Positions 10,201 through 20,332 of a stretch of DNA of 64,000 bases are shown in pieces (within the stretch, counting starts at the first letter, position 1; each line of letters starts with the position of its first letter). The position numbers and the translations under genes were made by a program. Location: IMG/VR virus record IMGVR_UViG_3300025133_009446, positions 1 to 64,000 of that record; one strand, written 5' to 3'. The stretch is from a virus. The notes beneath the pieces were generated by a model, which worked only from the letters and a program-made list of their open reading frames with translations, had not been told where the DNA came from and made no database searches.

Positions 10201-13200
10201 AGCCATCATCTCTTCAATTCTACGAGCATAAACTGGGGCTAATTGATTATCGGACATAGTGTCGTTAAACTGCATATGATCGTTTTGTAGGGTACCTTCA
10301 CCTAGTGCGCCGGGATCGTCCCACACAGCCGAACCAATCATAGCCTCGCCAGTTGAGTCTTCTGTTTTACTATAGCCGGTTTCAAAGTTGAGTCTTGCAT
10401 CCAATGCCCATATGCTTACGGCAGCGGGAGTCCCTTGATGTATTGCACTTCCCTGACTCCAACCCAAATTCTTTTCTGCTCCAAATCTAGCATCATTTCT
10501 ATCTGCCCTTGCCGACTTCCAATAACCTGGGAAGTTGGAGTTCTCAGCATTTAAGTCGCCACTACCTGCCTTTTTATAAGAATCTTCTTGCTCCCGTGTG
10601 ACTCTTTGTCGTATTTTGGCTAGATACGTATATTTCTGTTTCGGAAAGATCGTCTCTGTGGCTGTCACTGTCCTCAAGCCTTTAATTGGATTTTGACTTT
10701 GATCTGCTTTTTTAACAGTAGTTAATTCTGTCAAATTATCATAAAACTGTTGTCTTTCAACTGGTAAATCAAGTAAATTATTAAGCGTATCGCTGCTAAA
10801 AGCAATTAAATTATTGCCATATGAATGCTTGAGATCAATTCTGCTAATTTCACCATGACTCATCACATCCATTGAATGTACAATTGGTCTATGTTTTGAA
10901 GATATGGGGGGTTCTATAAAGCTAGAAAGCTTTCTTTCTGTTGTTATGATATCCGTATTATCACCTGGGGTAGAAATATTCTTTATAGCAGAGTGCCAAT
11001 CATAGCCGCGTGGTCTAATTTTGCCCTCTGATATAATAGAAATTCTATTGGTTTTCCTCATGTCCTTGACTAGGCGATGTTCAGAACCTCTAATTTGTTT
11101 CCAACTAGGCCAACCATATGGACCTTGACGATGAAGGATAATTGCGTTTAATACTGCTGCCCTACCTTCGGCAAACCCGGTCATCGGCTTATGAGTCCAA
11201 TTAAGTGTTTTATATACTATCGATGGATTAACATAATTTGATTCACCAAAATATGGAGTTGTTGGAACATAAGTCATTCTTGCAAACCCAAGAGTATTAG
11301 CATTATCACTAGAAGTGATTGGATCATATATGACGCTATTCATTCCAACAAAATCAACCGCTTCTACCATGGTTCTATCTACATGTAAGGGCAATATTTT
11401 TCTTGCAGCTCCATAATAAACATAGTCTGTTCCTGCGTGAGGCTTCAAGTATGCCACATGATCACTAGAACTTACAAATGTAAGATCTGTAGAAGCGCCC
11501 CCGGCGTGGGATCGATCTGGCTTCTCATACCCATACAATGCTGAACCTGTGTATCCCTCTATAATACTAGCTGTTATCCATGAATATTGAACATCTGTTT
11601 GTGGAATTGGGTGTTGGACGTACCAATTATCATGCACCAATGATGTTTCAACTGTTCCATATGCACCATTGTATTCATCAGTATATTTCAATTCCTTTCT
11701 TGAATTCCTGTGCGTTTGATGGAAAGACGCTGTTCCAGAATAACCTGAAGATGTAGCTTCGCTTTTGCCGCCAGGATAAGTTCCCCACTGATCGGCAGGA
11801 CCAGCTAACTCATATGCTTGAACTGTTTTATTATCACTATAAAATCCAAATTGATTTGTGTGGTTGGTATAAAACTCTTTTAAAGGTTCTCTTACTACTG
11901 TATTCCTCCAAGGCAATGCATTATAAACACTATATTCTGCCGCAACTTGGTCTAACAAGCCCTCACACATGGTGATAGGATCGCCAGGAGAAGAGAATCT
12001 ATTAACAATAATATTCTTATTCCTACCGGTTAAATCTCTTCTAGGTAAAGACCAATCGTGCACACCAGATACAGTTTGGGAGCCTACATTAGTTGTTGAA
12101 ATATCGCCTTCTGATTTTACAAAATAGCGATTATTACTAGTACGCCCTGTAGTCATGACAACTTCATAAGGATGAGTGTAGTTACCAATTATAGTACTTC
12201 TTATTGGGTGAATATATTGATCTTCAGTGTCTAATGCGCCAGTTGACTGCTGAATATTTGCAATATTTACAGGACGTTTTGCGATACCATCACGAAAATA
12301 AACTGATCTAAACGCATTGGGGTTAACAAGATCTAAACTTGTAGCAGATGATGAAATAACCCACCCTTCTATTCTTTCATCTTTTCCATCTGGCTCTTCA
12401 TTGTCGGGATTAAAGTTAGTAAACACATGCCTATAAGGACGCCCACCAACATATTTTTCTGTGAATGGACCTTGAAGTGGTTTGCTTTTATAGGGCTCAT
12501 ATGAATCATAGTGTATATTTGTAATATCTAAATTAGATTTAAATGAATCAATGGCACCTCTATAATCTTTCGCATCATCAGCGCTAATTGAAGAGCTATA
12601 TAAACTAAACGGATAAATCAAATCACCTTTATAGGTGTCGCCTGTGGCAGCGTCACCACCATCAATAACAGTCTCTACTGAAAATTTAAACTTTCTTTTG
12701 CCCTTCACTAAATCTAAATTATCGTCACAGTCTTTAAGATCTTCTATCGAGGTATTATCTGGCTCTATAACAATAACAGCACCGTCGGAAGCTCCAGGCG
12801 GGGCTGGGCGTTGCCTGATAGAATCCCAAAAGCCTATTTTCTTGTTTGGGTGTAAGTTGTCGCCGCCGCGCAACTGCGTTACTACGTTGGCTGCAAATTT
12901 GTGTGGTCTAGTAAACTTTCGTATTGCATATGTAGAGCCATCATATGTCGTAATCCCAGAGGTGCCGCTGGAAGCATACTCAGCTGCAGCATTATTGCTT
13001 AGTTTGTTTAAACTATCTAATATTGTTTGTTTGTTCGAATCTACCGCATCATCATCGGATGTGATCTTACCATCGTCTCTTTCAATTCTTTCTTTCCACC
13101 AAAGACAGTTATCGTCTTCTTCTTCGTTTATCGGAGCATGTCCATGCTTCCAATCATAAAGAAGCTCATTAATACCAAACAAGCTACCTTCTGGATCGCC

Positions 13201-16200
13201 TTGTTTCATTTCTAGTGTTGGAAATTTAGTCCAATATTTATTTCTTTCCAAGACATGGCTTTCAACAGTGTTTCTTAATCCTTTAGAATGTTCTGCGGAA
13301 GCAGGAACAAATTGTTCTAATATTGCTCCAAGAGAAGAGTCTATCCATTTGTAATATTCAACGAATTTATCGACATCAGGAGTGTTAGTAACTCTTTCAA
13401 AGAAAAGATGGCGAAGCTTTTCCATGCTTTTATAGCTTTGTCTATATCTGTTTACCGGCTCTCCAACGATATTATTAAAGTCAACAATAGTGGCAAACAT
13501 TTTCAACATCTCTTCTGATATGATTTGGTACATACTCTTTTCAAACATGTAATAATGTCGAATTTCTCTACTAGTCCTAGTGAATTTTTCTTCGTTTTGG
13601 TCTACTATTTGTGTTAAATTGCTACTGTTCATTATTTCTGGCAATTGCTGTTTTGCAATAGAAATATAATTTACATCTACAGCTTTATTGGTGTTAGCAT
13701 CAAATCCATAACCCCTTCCAGAGTGTTGTTTCTGAGCCGTTGTACCAATCAAACCATATTTATATTCCATCTCAGAAGAACCAGAACTAGCATCTAAAAC
13801 AGTAAAATAACCAGAAGCGTCTGATCCTGTTACCGTTTCAAAGTCCCAATTTAGCGCTAATGTTTCTATTTGCGGCACTTCTAAGTCAAAAGTGTCCTGA
13901 AAGAGGAAAGCGTTTCTATTGGGATGTAAAGAGCCCCAATTTGAAGAATCCTTAGCATGTGCCCTTACAACCTCTTTATCTAACGCATCCAGCCAATATC
14001 TACAAGAAGAAATTTTTGCATCTGTTTGTTGCAGTACGCTGCCGGTAAAGTTTGTTCTATGTGCACCAACATACACTCTTTTACTAGAACTTACAAAAGT
14101 AGCACCAGCTGTATATGGCATTGTACCTGATACAATAAATTCATTTTGTATCGTATCATAAGCAACGTTAACGCCATGAAGAACGACTGTATACGTATCT
14201 GGTCCCTCTGTAGTGGCATGCATTGTATTCACTTGAGGATAGTCCGTGGGTTTAACTGTAACTGAGAGAGTCCAGCGCTCATCATCATATACATCTCTAT
14301 AAACATCACTAACTAAGGTTGGGAAATCACCATCAGAACTAACTAACTTAAAGTGAACATCACCATCCCCCGAGTTCTTTCTAACGGCATAAACTTGAAA
14401 ATTTGCATTATCTTGATGTGTACCGGCGCCAGTCCAAGTTAAATTATTTTCAACTGTACTATTCGTTTTATGTACGCCAAACAAAGAAGAGGTGATCGCG
14501 TTATATATAGAAGAGGTGGCATATGTAGTATCTAAATATTTTGGAAATAGAACTTCTGCTTGCATTGTGTTTGCGAAACCAGAGGTTCCATCAGCAGCGC
14601 TCATGCCAGAAATATATGATAATTCATTGGAACCAGAACCGGCTGTCCACTGATGTATATTAGCGTTAAAGTGTCCCACTTTATAAAAGTTAGCATATTT
14701 CTTTTTATCAACGGATGCTCTAAAATTATCTTTTAATTCATAATCAACATTGTGTGCGTATAAATTAAATTTAACAAGCTCATCATCGACACCAAAGCAT
14801 CTTACTAAATTTCTAATCGCTTTCTCTGTGCCTTTTGATTTATAAAGATATGAAAGATTGTTGTAAATGTTTTCATAAATTAAGTTTTTAATATTATATA
14901 ATTTATCTTCAAATTCTAACTCTTCATTTCTAGAGTGTACAGATTCTAAAACCGTCGCATCGACAAAAATATCATCGACATCCATTCCTAAGTGCTGGAG
15001 TAGTTTTTTTGCATGTGGGCGCGGTTTGAAACTAGAACTTGTATATGTAATATTTTTTATTGTTGGTAGTGCCTCTATTTGCAACCACAATGTATCAAAA
15101 TAACTAGAAATAATTTGAGTTAAGTTCTTTAGATGCCCATTATGATCTGAGTCCTCGTCCAAGATCCATTGCGGCATAGAGTGATATAAAGCCGCATTAT
15201 TACTGTTATCCCATGTTTTACCTTTATTTTTCAGATTGGTGACATAATTATTAACAGCTGCATGATCCTTGTATAATATTGGATCTAAAAACTCTCTTGG
15301 TGCTGCGTTTGATATCACCATAGCAGAACCAACATTCCTAGAATCAGCGCTGTAACCAGTCCATGAACCGTTGCTTATTCTACCAGAGTAGTCAAGTACC
15401 GTGCTATCTGTTGTAGAATCGCCAACAATCCCTTCATTAAATTTATAATATACACCTAAATTTACACCATAATAAGACTCCAGATCAGTATTAGAACCTC
15501 CATTTACTTGAGTGAACCAATGTCTTCCAACTTGTGCTGGTGTTCTCTCAGTTTTCCAATATCTAAATTCATCAATTGAGGCAGAAATTTTACCCCAACC
15601 CCACCCGGTTGTTCGATCTGACGGTGTATTGTTTTCAGTTGGATAAAGAGATAAGGCGCCAATAGCAGCCACCATTGCACCACTTACATAATCAACAGTT
15701 GTACCTGCATTTTTAGTATGATTGCAAACACCATCAATATACAATCTACTTTGTATTACGCTGCCGGTGTTTTTAAATGAAATTGCATAATGATGCCACA
15801 AGCCATCAGCCATAGATACAGGAGTAATTTCATCACCAATTGATTGATTTACAATCCCACTTGTACCTGAAATATAACTTACTAAAAATGGACTATTTGA
15901 ACCAGCAGCGCCATTTAATGTAATCTGCATTCTAGCGTAATTAGTAGAACCAGAGTTGGCACCTGATAAATGCATGTCATACACAACCTCTCTTTGTGTG
16001 GTACTGGTGCTATTTAAAAATGCATCTTTTTTTAACCAGAATTCAACTGTATTTCCTCTTTCCCCATCCATCAAAAGGTTAGATTCTTGACTGTCTCCAA
16101 GAGCTAATATGTTAGCATACCCGTTTTTCCAATTGCCTCCTGTGTCTTCTATATCTCTATAAAACCTGCGAGTGCTTGTATTTGGTCCACCCTTAATGAA

Positions 16201-16596
16201 AATATATTCTTGTGTGCTTGGCTCGCCATACCCCCCTGTTACCGTGGTTTCTTGTGAGCCCCAACCTGTAGGGGAAAACAAAGCAAACCCGTTTGTTCTA
16301 GGGTACCCTTGTTCAAAAATATAATTTTCTAAAAAAGAAGCACTCCCATGCCATTGAGCCTTCTCATATGATGAACCATCGTAGGGGTAGTTTGAGTACA
16401 CCTTTTTAACAGCGTTTTCATAATATCTTTCAGCTGAACCAAATTTTGCAAAATTTTCAGGTTTAGAATAATCTACATGAGGTTCAAACCTGCTCTTCTC
16501 TTTATAATAAGAATCAACATAGTCTTGTGATTCTGCATCTGAAAAATTGTCTTTCTTTTGGAACCGCGCTTGTTCGAATAATTTTTTTATACTCAT
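7231..16596 (-). CDS. Giant baseplate wedge/tail protein (gp7/P2 gpI-like segment plus LamG/ConA-like domains)
   Basis: 3121 aa. LamG-type motifs TVEFWLKK, DGLWHHYAISF, LYIDG, IDEFRYWKTER. Wedge-type motif YLYKSKGTEKAIRNLVRCFG. Downstream of the gp25 and gp6 homologues. Confidence 0.7.
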   Translation of the reverse strand: MSIKKLFEQARFQKKDNFSDAESQDYVDSYYKEKSRFEPHVDYSKPENFAKFGSAERYYENAVKKVYSNYPYDGSSYEKAQWHGSASFLENYIFEQGYPRTNGFALFSPTGWGSQETTVTGGYGEPSTQEYIFIKGGPNTSTRRFYRDIEDTGGNWKNGYANILALGDSQESNLLMDGERGNTVEFWLKKDAFLNSTSTTQREVVYDMHLSGANSGSTNYARMQITLNGAAGSNSPFLVSYISGTSGIVNQSIGDEITPVSMADGLWHHYAISFKNTGSVIQSRLYIDGVCNHTKNAGTTVDYVSGAMVAAIGALSLYPTENNTPSDRTTGWGWGKISASIDEFRYWKTERTPAQVGRHWFTQVNGGSNTDLESYYGVNLGVYYKFNEGIVGDSTTDSTVLDYSGRISNGSWTGYSADSRNVGSAMVISNAAPREFLDPILYKDHAAVNNYVTNLKNKGKTWDNSNNAALYHSMPQWILDEDSDHNGHLKNLTQIISSYFDTLWLQIEALPTIKNITYTSSSFKPRPHAKKLLQHLGMDVDDIFVDATVLESVHSRNEELEFEDKLYNIKNLIYENIYNNLSYLYKSKGTEKAIRNLVRCFGVDDELVKFNLYAHNVDYELKDNFRASVDKKKYANFYKVGHFNANIHQWTAGSGSNELSYISGMSAADGTSGFANTMQAEVLFPKYLDTTYATSSIYNAITSSLFGVHKTNSTVENNLTWTGAGTHQDNANFQVYAVRKNSGDGDVHFKLVSSDGDFPTLVSDVYRDVYDDERWTLSVTVKPTDYPQVNTMHATTEGPDTYTVVLHGVNVAYDTIQNEFIVSGTMPYTAGATFVSSSKRVYVGAHRTNFTGSVLQQTDAKISSCRYWLDALDKEVVRAHAKDSSNWGSLHPNRNAFLFQDTFDLEVPQIETLALNWDFETVTGSDASGYFTVLDASSGSSEMEYKYGLIGTTAQKQHSGRGYGFDANTNKAVDVNYISIAKQQLPEIMNSSNLTQIVDQNEEKFTRTSREIRHYYMFEKSMYQIISEEMLKMFATIVDFNNIVGEPVNRYRQSYKSMEKLRHLFFERVTNTPDVDKFVEYYKWIDSSLGAILEQFVPASAEHSKGLRNTVESHVLERNKYWTKFPTLEMKQGDPEGSLFGINELLYDWKHGHAPINEEEDDNCLWWKERIERDDGKITSDDDAVDSNKQTILDSLNKLSNNAAAEYASSGTSGITTYDGSTYAIRKFTRPHKFAANVVTQLRGGDNLHPNKKIGFWDSIRQRPAPPGASDGAVIVIEPDNTSIEDLKDCDDNLDLVKGKRKFKFSVETVIDGGDAATGDTYKGDLIYPFSLYSSSISADDAKDYRGAIDSFKSNLDITNIHYDSYEPYKSKPLQGPFTEKYVGGRPYRHVFTNFNPDNEEPDGKDERIEGWVISSSATSLDLVNPNAFRSVYFRDGIAKRPVNIANIQQSTGALDTEDQYIHPIRSTIIGNYTHPYEVVMTTGRTSNNRYFVKSEGDISTTNVGSQTVSGVHDWSLPRRDLTGRNKNIIVNRFSSPGDPITMCEGLLDQVAAEYSVYNALPWRNTVVREPLKEFYTNHTNQFGFYSDNKTVQAYELAGPADQWGTYPGGKSEATSSGYSGTASFHQTHRNSRKELKYTDEYNGAYGTVETSLVHDNWYVQHPIPQTDVQYSWITASIIEGYTGSALYGYEKPDRSHAGGASTDLTFVSSSDHVAYLKPHAGTDYVYYGAARKILPLHVDRTMVEAVDFVGMNSVIYDPITSSDNANTLGFARMTYVPTTPYFGESNYVNPSIVYKTLNWTHKPMTGFAEGRAAVLNAIILHRQGPYGWPSWKQIRGSEHRLVKDMRKTNRISIISEGKIRPRGYDWHSAIKNISTPGDNTDIITTERKLSSFIEPPISSKHRPIVHSMDVMSHGEISRIDLKHSYGNNLIAFSSDTLNNLLDLPVERQQFYDNLTELTTVKKADQSQNPIKGLRTVTATETIFPKQKYTYLAKIRQRVTREQEDSYKKAGSGDLNAENSNFPGYWKSARADRNDARFGAEKNLGWSQGSAIHQGTPAAVSIWALDARLNFETGYSKTEDSTGEAMIGSAVWDDPGALGEGTLQNDHMQFNDTMSDNQLAPVYARRIEEMMADGTRIYAGDTKWEAAEQAGVEPFYNSYSDYIEDIKRVGKDYGLIPEFRISEHMNYYVNQKGGDFLADNTGAFEVPGVMDMTGSVAGRLPMSDRFTVYSSTDFMKLAGLVKEDYQGVLNRSVQSFTLECNGIVKFLPYKGFYPAQRTLDLVKLFWDSYKDNILTEGDDAAISMVSGQALGAVTGAPRDARPLWQCMFAPGILYNTIKSGVAVDYPIYTGDHNVTGTILTPDNGIPRNRGLFDQRVPFESLVEPENPAYLGGVMVADDDPHYSSSFNVTASLVGAGAPNYKMAMHNFLASTVDFFKKDSSLTTIASLPENDPNFGNAVEGTEYVGKLVMSHAQFRTLNQIITIKAAPGLIADEAYYYSASFNYNPSTVTMYKRLGSEARGGPYDSKYGRKMPWQFGSEKRGRANGGTFRNFTTDEDVYGSGFGPPYTPGSLITDLYEAFYAHPSSASYSAYTPPYYDGYSEIKFEFTPTRTEKYSLNDIMNEMTASVRRMGTNLTNAVGDSSAAQCANMQLTASVNYKQMTSVPQVIFDALGNPKEISQAVNSKWVIQPKFETPVLDFSNCNVTLPVSGSGSVARGMWHQYGQVPSSGKGIFLQMQDGDFNEKSLSDLVGFSKAEKRIGEIALSRKMSEAVIAIPFINIGKEEKQFFNISRTTIDLAELYLAEQVGTYNKIVGQQPNMRPSKDIINMVKKMKKYVFPPQFDFSTYKNGEVDPFAMFIFEFEVNLTQEDLSKIWQNLPPDIGRSYVKKNSSLPVDIFKQNNNSGKAIIDIFDSEIQWMVFKVKQKAAWNYFTMTADAKDDKRFKFNFEVGDGGAEKESVPDYNYNWPFDFCSLVELVKLDSTLIMGNPDFAAPPPTLDAAQGTIGPLITWLPSQQGAVGSSVGAAQAAGYLQQITKAFGVLSQQDLEIAQALATAAPDASPANLPPITTNMQQNTQAGIGTLIQTTNQATTNVVAGSAAGAASQAGQFNKGPGGGGTGGGYG

Positions 16597-16597
16597 A

Positions 16598-18079
16598 TTA
16601 TTCTACCCTAAATTTGAAAGTCTCAGGCTGTACAACATATTTTCCATTTGTATGATAGGCGAAATTCACACCATACATATATCCGCTTTGAAATAACGAC
16701 ATGTCTAAATCAAAGTAATTCCCAGAAACATCATGCGACAATCTTGTATATTTAATAGAGCCTGTACCGAAATCAACAACTTTTAAGTTGTCAACAACTC
16801 TAGAGATTTTATAATAAGCGTTGTCAATTATAGAATTTTCTATATCCAATGATGCCTTAGAATAAATGGAAGGATTCCAATCTTTTTCACGCACATATAG
16901 CCGATATCGCGCATTTTCATTTGGTGAATATGAATCTCTTAAATTGGTTATTTTTGTAATATATTTAGGATTCGGGTTAAACGTACCTCCAATAACACTT
17001 TTCGGTACGATCGCACCGGTAACATACTCAACACCACCACTATGCCAAACATCATAAACGGTTTTTAACGAAGTGCTTCCAGTGTATGCTAGTGAGCATG
17101 TGTATATGCCAGTAGAAATATATCCACCTGTTGCGTTTAAATCCCCAGCTGCTGCTACGTCTCCACCAACGCTAAGATTTAATTTTGAACCAGATGCTGT
17201 TGAGTCATTAGAAGAGCCTGAATATAAACTCACCAATATAGTTCCAGTATCAACGCCGGGAATGTTTTTTAATTGTCCTCTAATAATGTTATAGAGATAC
17301 AAAGTGTTTAAATTATCTGCTGCTGGTGCCAATGAGCTACTGTAATAAAAATTTCCTCGATCATCTTTTTCTGAGGAGTCCCACCTAGCTTCTATGACTG
17401 GTTGCTTATAAAAGAATTCAGTACCTCGACCAAAAAATCTTTTAGTATAATATGAGCTAGTATTACTTAATACAATATCTTCATGACTAGGAGACATTCT
17501 CACTAAAAGTCCATAATTTGATTTATTTCCAAGTACGTTGCCAGAAGAGTTGATCCATTGTTCAACCAATGTAGTTACATCCAATTCTATATTTTCCAAA
17601 CCAGAATCAAAGCTTGCCGAAAAAGAAGAAGACGTGTCACTATAAAAGTCCCCACCAGTGGTTGTCCACGAAGTGTCGGCAGAGGCTTTAGCCCAACTAG
17701 CTTCATCTATATCTAGATAATCCTCCATATCCATGCCGGTACCCTCTTCCCACGAGGTGCTTACAGCAGATAATGTCAACGTGTAGTTGCTTGGTGTAGT
17801 TTCGCTGTGTCTGGCGTTATACAATTTTAAGAAAAAATTAACACTTCCGGAGACAGGAATGTTGGTGTCGCTTCTATCACTAGAAATCACATCAGTAGGA
17901 AACTTAATTAAAATTCGCGCATATTCTGTACTAGCTGAACCTTCTTGTGCAAAAATAGAAAAAACTTCTAATATATCAGAAGCTCCCATATTAGAGCCCG
18001 TGGCTCTCTGAGTTAAATTGCTTTTATACGCATTTGTAATTGTTGTATCAGCACTAGCGCTATAACGTATTATTGCCAT
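16598..18079 (-). CDS. Baseplate-associated protein with a DNRLRE-like beta-sandwich domain
   Basis: 493 aa. ADTTI...ARILIKF...WEEGTG...W..GGDF...DVTTLVEQW...NYGLLV pattern; lies between wedge genes. Confidence 0.6.
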   Translation of the reverse strand: MAIIRYSASADTTITNAYKSNLTQRATGSNMGASDILEVFSIFAQEGSASTEYARILIKFPTDVISSDRSDTNIPVSGSVNFFLKLYNARHSETTPSNYTLTLSAVSTSWEEGTGMDMEDYLDIDEASWAKASADTSWTTTGGDFYSDTSSSFSASFDSGLENIELDVTTLVEQWINSSGNVLGNKSNYGLLVRMSPSHEDIVLSNTSSYYTKRFFGRGTEFFYKQPVIEARWDSSEKDDRGNFYYSSSLAPAADNLNTLYLYNIIRGQLKNIPGVDTGTILVSLYSGSSNDSTASGSKLNLSVGGDVAAAGDLNATGGYISTGIYTCSLAYTGSTSLKTVYDVWHSGGVEYVTGAIVPKSVIGGTFNPNPKYITKITNLRDSYSPNENARYRLYVREKDWNPSIYSKASLDIENSIIDNAYYKISRVVDNLKVVDFGTGSIKYTRLSHDVSGNYFDLDMSLFQSGYMYGVNFAYHTNGKYVVQPETFKFRVE

Positions 18080-19890
18080 TATTGCACAACCCCTTGTATG
18101 TCCGATGAACCAAATCTAATTTCAAAAATAGAATCATCTGGAATGGCAATGTACCTCCCAGAAGCATCAGTGTTCTCCTTAATATTAAATGGTATATCAG
18201 AGTACGTGACGCCAACTTTATGACTTACTCTAACATCCATGGTGTCTTCTACTCCTGTTGTCGCATTTAATATTTGATATATTTTAGCTATAGAAAACGG
18301 TTCCCCAAGTTCAAACGTAAACCTATATTGAGTTCTAAGACTTCTTAAACAATTTATTAATACTTCTTCTTTTGTATGCTCTAAAGAACCTTGCACGTAA
18401 AAATCAACTCCAATATTGATTATATTGGCATCTAATATATCAATTGTATCATTTATCATTTTATAATTATTTAACCACATTTTTAAATTTTCTTTTATAA
18501 CATTATTAGTTGCAACTAAATTTCCTGCGCTTCCCTCAGACACAACATATAGATTCAAGTTTCTTTTAAAAGAATCATGATCTTGTTTAATGCTACAGCG
18601 CTTAATAGCGCCAAATTGTGGTGGCATCATGTATACTATGGTTTGGTAATCTTGTTTTGTTACAGCTCTATTTTGTACAGCATATGTGTCTATCACTCTA
18701 CGCCGAACCTCTTCTGAAGACGGGTATGTGACGTCACCAACTATTGGTTCATCGTTCGTTACTTCAATGTTGTTTCTAACAATTGTGGTGTTTGAACCTT
18801 CAACTGCGGCACGTGGAAATTTTAAAAAAACTCGATCAACATTTGTAATTGCGCCCACGCCAGCATTAACAGAATCGCTTGTATTGAGTCTATATGTTAT
18901 CGTCAGTGTGGTGTTTGATGGAGCAATCCCAAATTTATCATTTTCCAACAATCGATTAGGATCAAATGATGCTTCTGTCACATAATTTCTAAAAGATCTG
19001 TTTAAAACAACATCGCTTGGATCAAACATGCTAGCATCAGTTATTTCATTATCAGAGCCATATCCAAATTGAAGAAAGGTTTTGAACCCCTCTTGCTCAA
19101 CAACAAACCTTCTAGCAACCGCTCTTGGCTTAAGCAACACCTCTGGTTCGCTAGAGCTTTGTTTAGCCAGGTTTAAAGTAGGGACATAAATAATATTTTG
19201 AGATAAATGCTCCACTTCGTGGTATTCGTGCCCTTCTTGATCGATGACAGATAATATTTCAGCAATATTATGAGAAGCTATTGTTGCTCTAAAAAATCTC
19301 TGGTAGTTTCCGACGCTCACAGTAGTCGCGAGTACTTTACCAGAAACAACTTGTCCGTATGCCCGAATAGCATAAGTCGTGGGTTTTCCAGTTTTATTAT
19401 CAACAGTGGCGACAACAACCTCATTGCTTGGATTTAAAAAATTCACATCCTCATTTAGTAAAAAAGCCGCACCAGTAGAACTTGAGAAAGAAGTGCCTCG
19501 CTTCATAGTAGGAACATAATCCACATTTACACCTATGCCATTCGAATTGGCTGGGACTACAACATAAATTGTTGCCGTACCATAAGAAGATGGACGTCCT
19601 TTAAATTTATAGCCAAGCTGTCTACCCAACCTAATAACGTTATTGAATTCAACAGCGGAATCAATAAAAGATTCATTGACTTGATAGTCTAAATAAAAAG
19701 AAAGCATATCCCCTATATATGCAACACTATCCAGCATTAAAGAACCAAAAGAGGCTTCATTAAAGTCTTTATAAGTGTCTGGGTAGTATCTTTGTGCGTG
19801 AGAAATTAATTCCTTTTTAATCGATGCAAAATCTCTGCTTGTATATTTTATTGGCACATTTTTAATTTGCCGGCTTTTTCTAGGTGACAT
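18079..19890 (-). CDS. Baseplate wedge subunit (T4 gp6 / baseplate J-like)
   Basis: 603 aa. YTSRDFASIK, DFNEASFG, YIGDMLSFYLDYQ, QNRAVTKQDY motifs; adjacent to the gp25-like gene. Confidence 0.88.
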   Translation of the reverse strand: MSPRKSRQIKNVPIKYTSRDFASIKKELISHAQRYYPDTYKDFNEASFGSLMLDSVAYIGDMLSFYLDYQVNESFIDSAVEFNNVIRLGRQLGYKFKGRPSSYGTATIYVVVPANSNGIGVNVDYVPTMKRGTSFSSSTGAAFLLNEDVNFLNPSNEVVVATVDNKTGKPTTYAIRAYGQVVSGKVLATTVSVGNYQRFFRATIASHNIAEILSVIDQEGHEYHEVEHLSQNIIYVPTLNLAKQSSSEPEVLLKPRAVARRFVVEQEGFKTFLQFGYGSDNEITDASMFDPSDVVLNRSFRNYVTEASFDPNRLLENDKFGIAPSNTTLTITYRLNTSDSVNAGVGAITNVDRVFLKFPRAAVEGSNTTIVRNNIEVTNDEPIVGDVTYPSSEEVRRRVIDTYAVQNRAVTKQDYQTIVYMMPPQFGAIKRCSIKQDHDSFKRNLNLYVVSEGSAGNLVATNNVIKENLKMWLNNYKMINDTIDILDANIINIGVDFYVQGSLEHTKEEVLINCLRSLRTQYRFTFELGEPFSIAKIYQILNATTGVEDTMDVRVSHKVGVTYSDIPFNIKENTDASGRYIAIPDDSIFEIRFGSSDIQGVVQ

Positions 19891-19917
19891 ATGTTTATTT
19901 CCTCACTTAATCATTAA

Positions 19918-19926
19918 AATAAATAG
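19918..19926 (-). promoter_or_regulatory. Candidate phage late-promoter motif CTATTTATT upstream of the gp6-like gene
   Basis: The same motif recurs just upstream of genes at 301-310, 59030-59037 and 62343-62350, with variants elsewhere. Confidence 0.45.
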
Positions 19927-19934
19927 ATTTAAGC

Positions 19935-20330
19935 CTAGAAAGGAGCCACACTTAAATCTAAAACATCTACATATCCTGCTGCGCGCACTCTATAGTGTAC
20001 AGACACTTTTATAAAATTTGTTTTCGAAGCGCCCGCCTCGGTGACTTCATCCGTTATTATTACATCAATTAGATCTACAAACGGCATGTGTTTACTAATT
20101 TGAGACTTTATCATACCTTGAATCTCTCCTTTAGCTTGGTTGGTGTTCTGCTCGAAAAGCCATCTTTTTAAGCCCACTCCAAAACTTGGCATCATGACTC
20201 TTTCACCTGGACAAGTTAAAATGAGCAGCTTTAAGTTTTGTTTCACATTCTCATTCAATCCTTTAGTTAAAGAGTGAGTCCCGTCGCCAGAATCGGGTGC
20301 CAAAGGTAATTTTGGTGCTATACCAGGCAT
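19935..20330 (-). CDS. Baseplate wedge protein, gp25/GPW family
   Basis: VKQNLKLLILTCPGERVMMPSFGVGLKRWLFE is a classic gp25 motif. Likely start is MPGIAPK at 20330 (track start 20348). Confidence 0.9.
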   Translation of the reverse strand: MPGIAPKLPLAPDSGDGTHSLTKGLNENVKQNLKLLILTCPGERVMMPSFGVGLKRWLFEQNTNQAKGEIQGMIKSQISKHMPFVDLIDVIITDEVTEAGASKTNFIKVSVHYRVRAAGYVDVLDLSVAPF

Positions 20331-20332
20331 AA

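Noticed and set aside
19935-20330. Lysozyme
   Set aside because: The gp25 family is often mislabelled as lysozyme; it is a structural sheath-initiating wedge protein.
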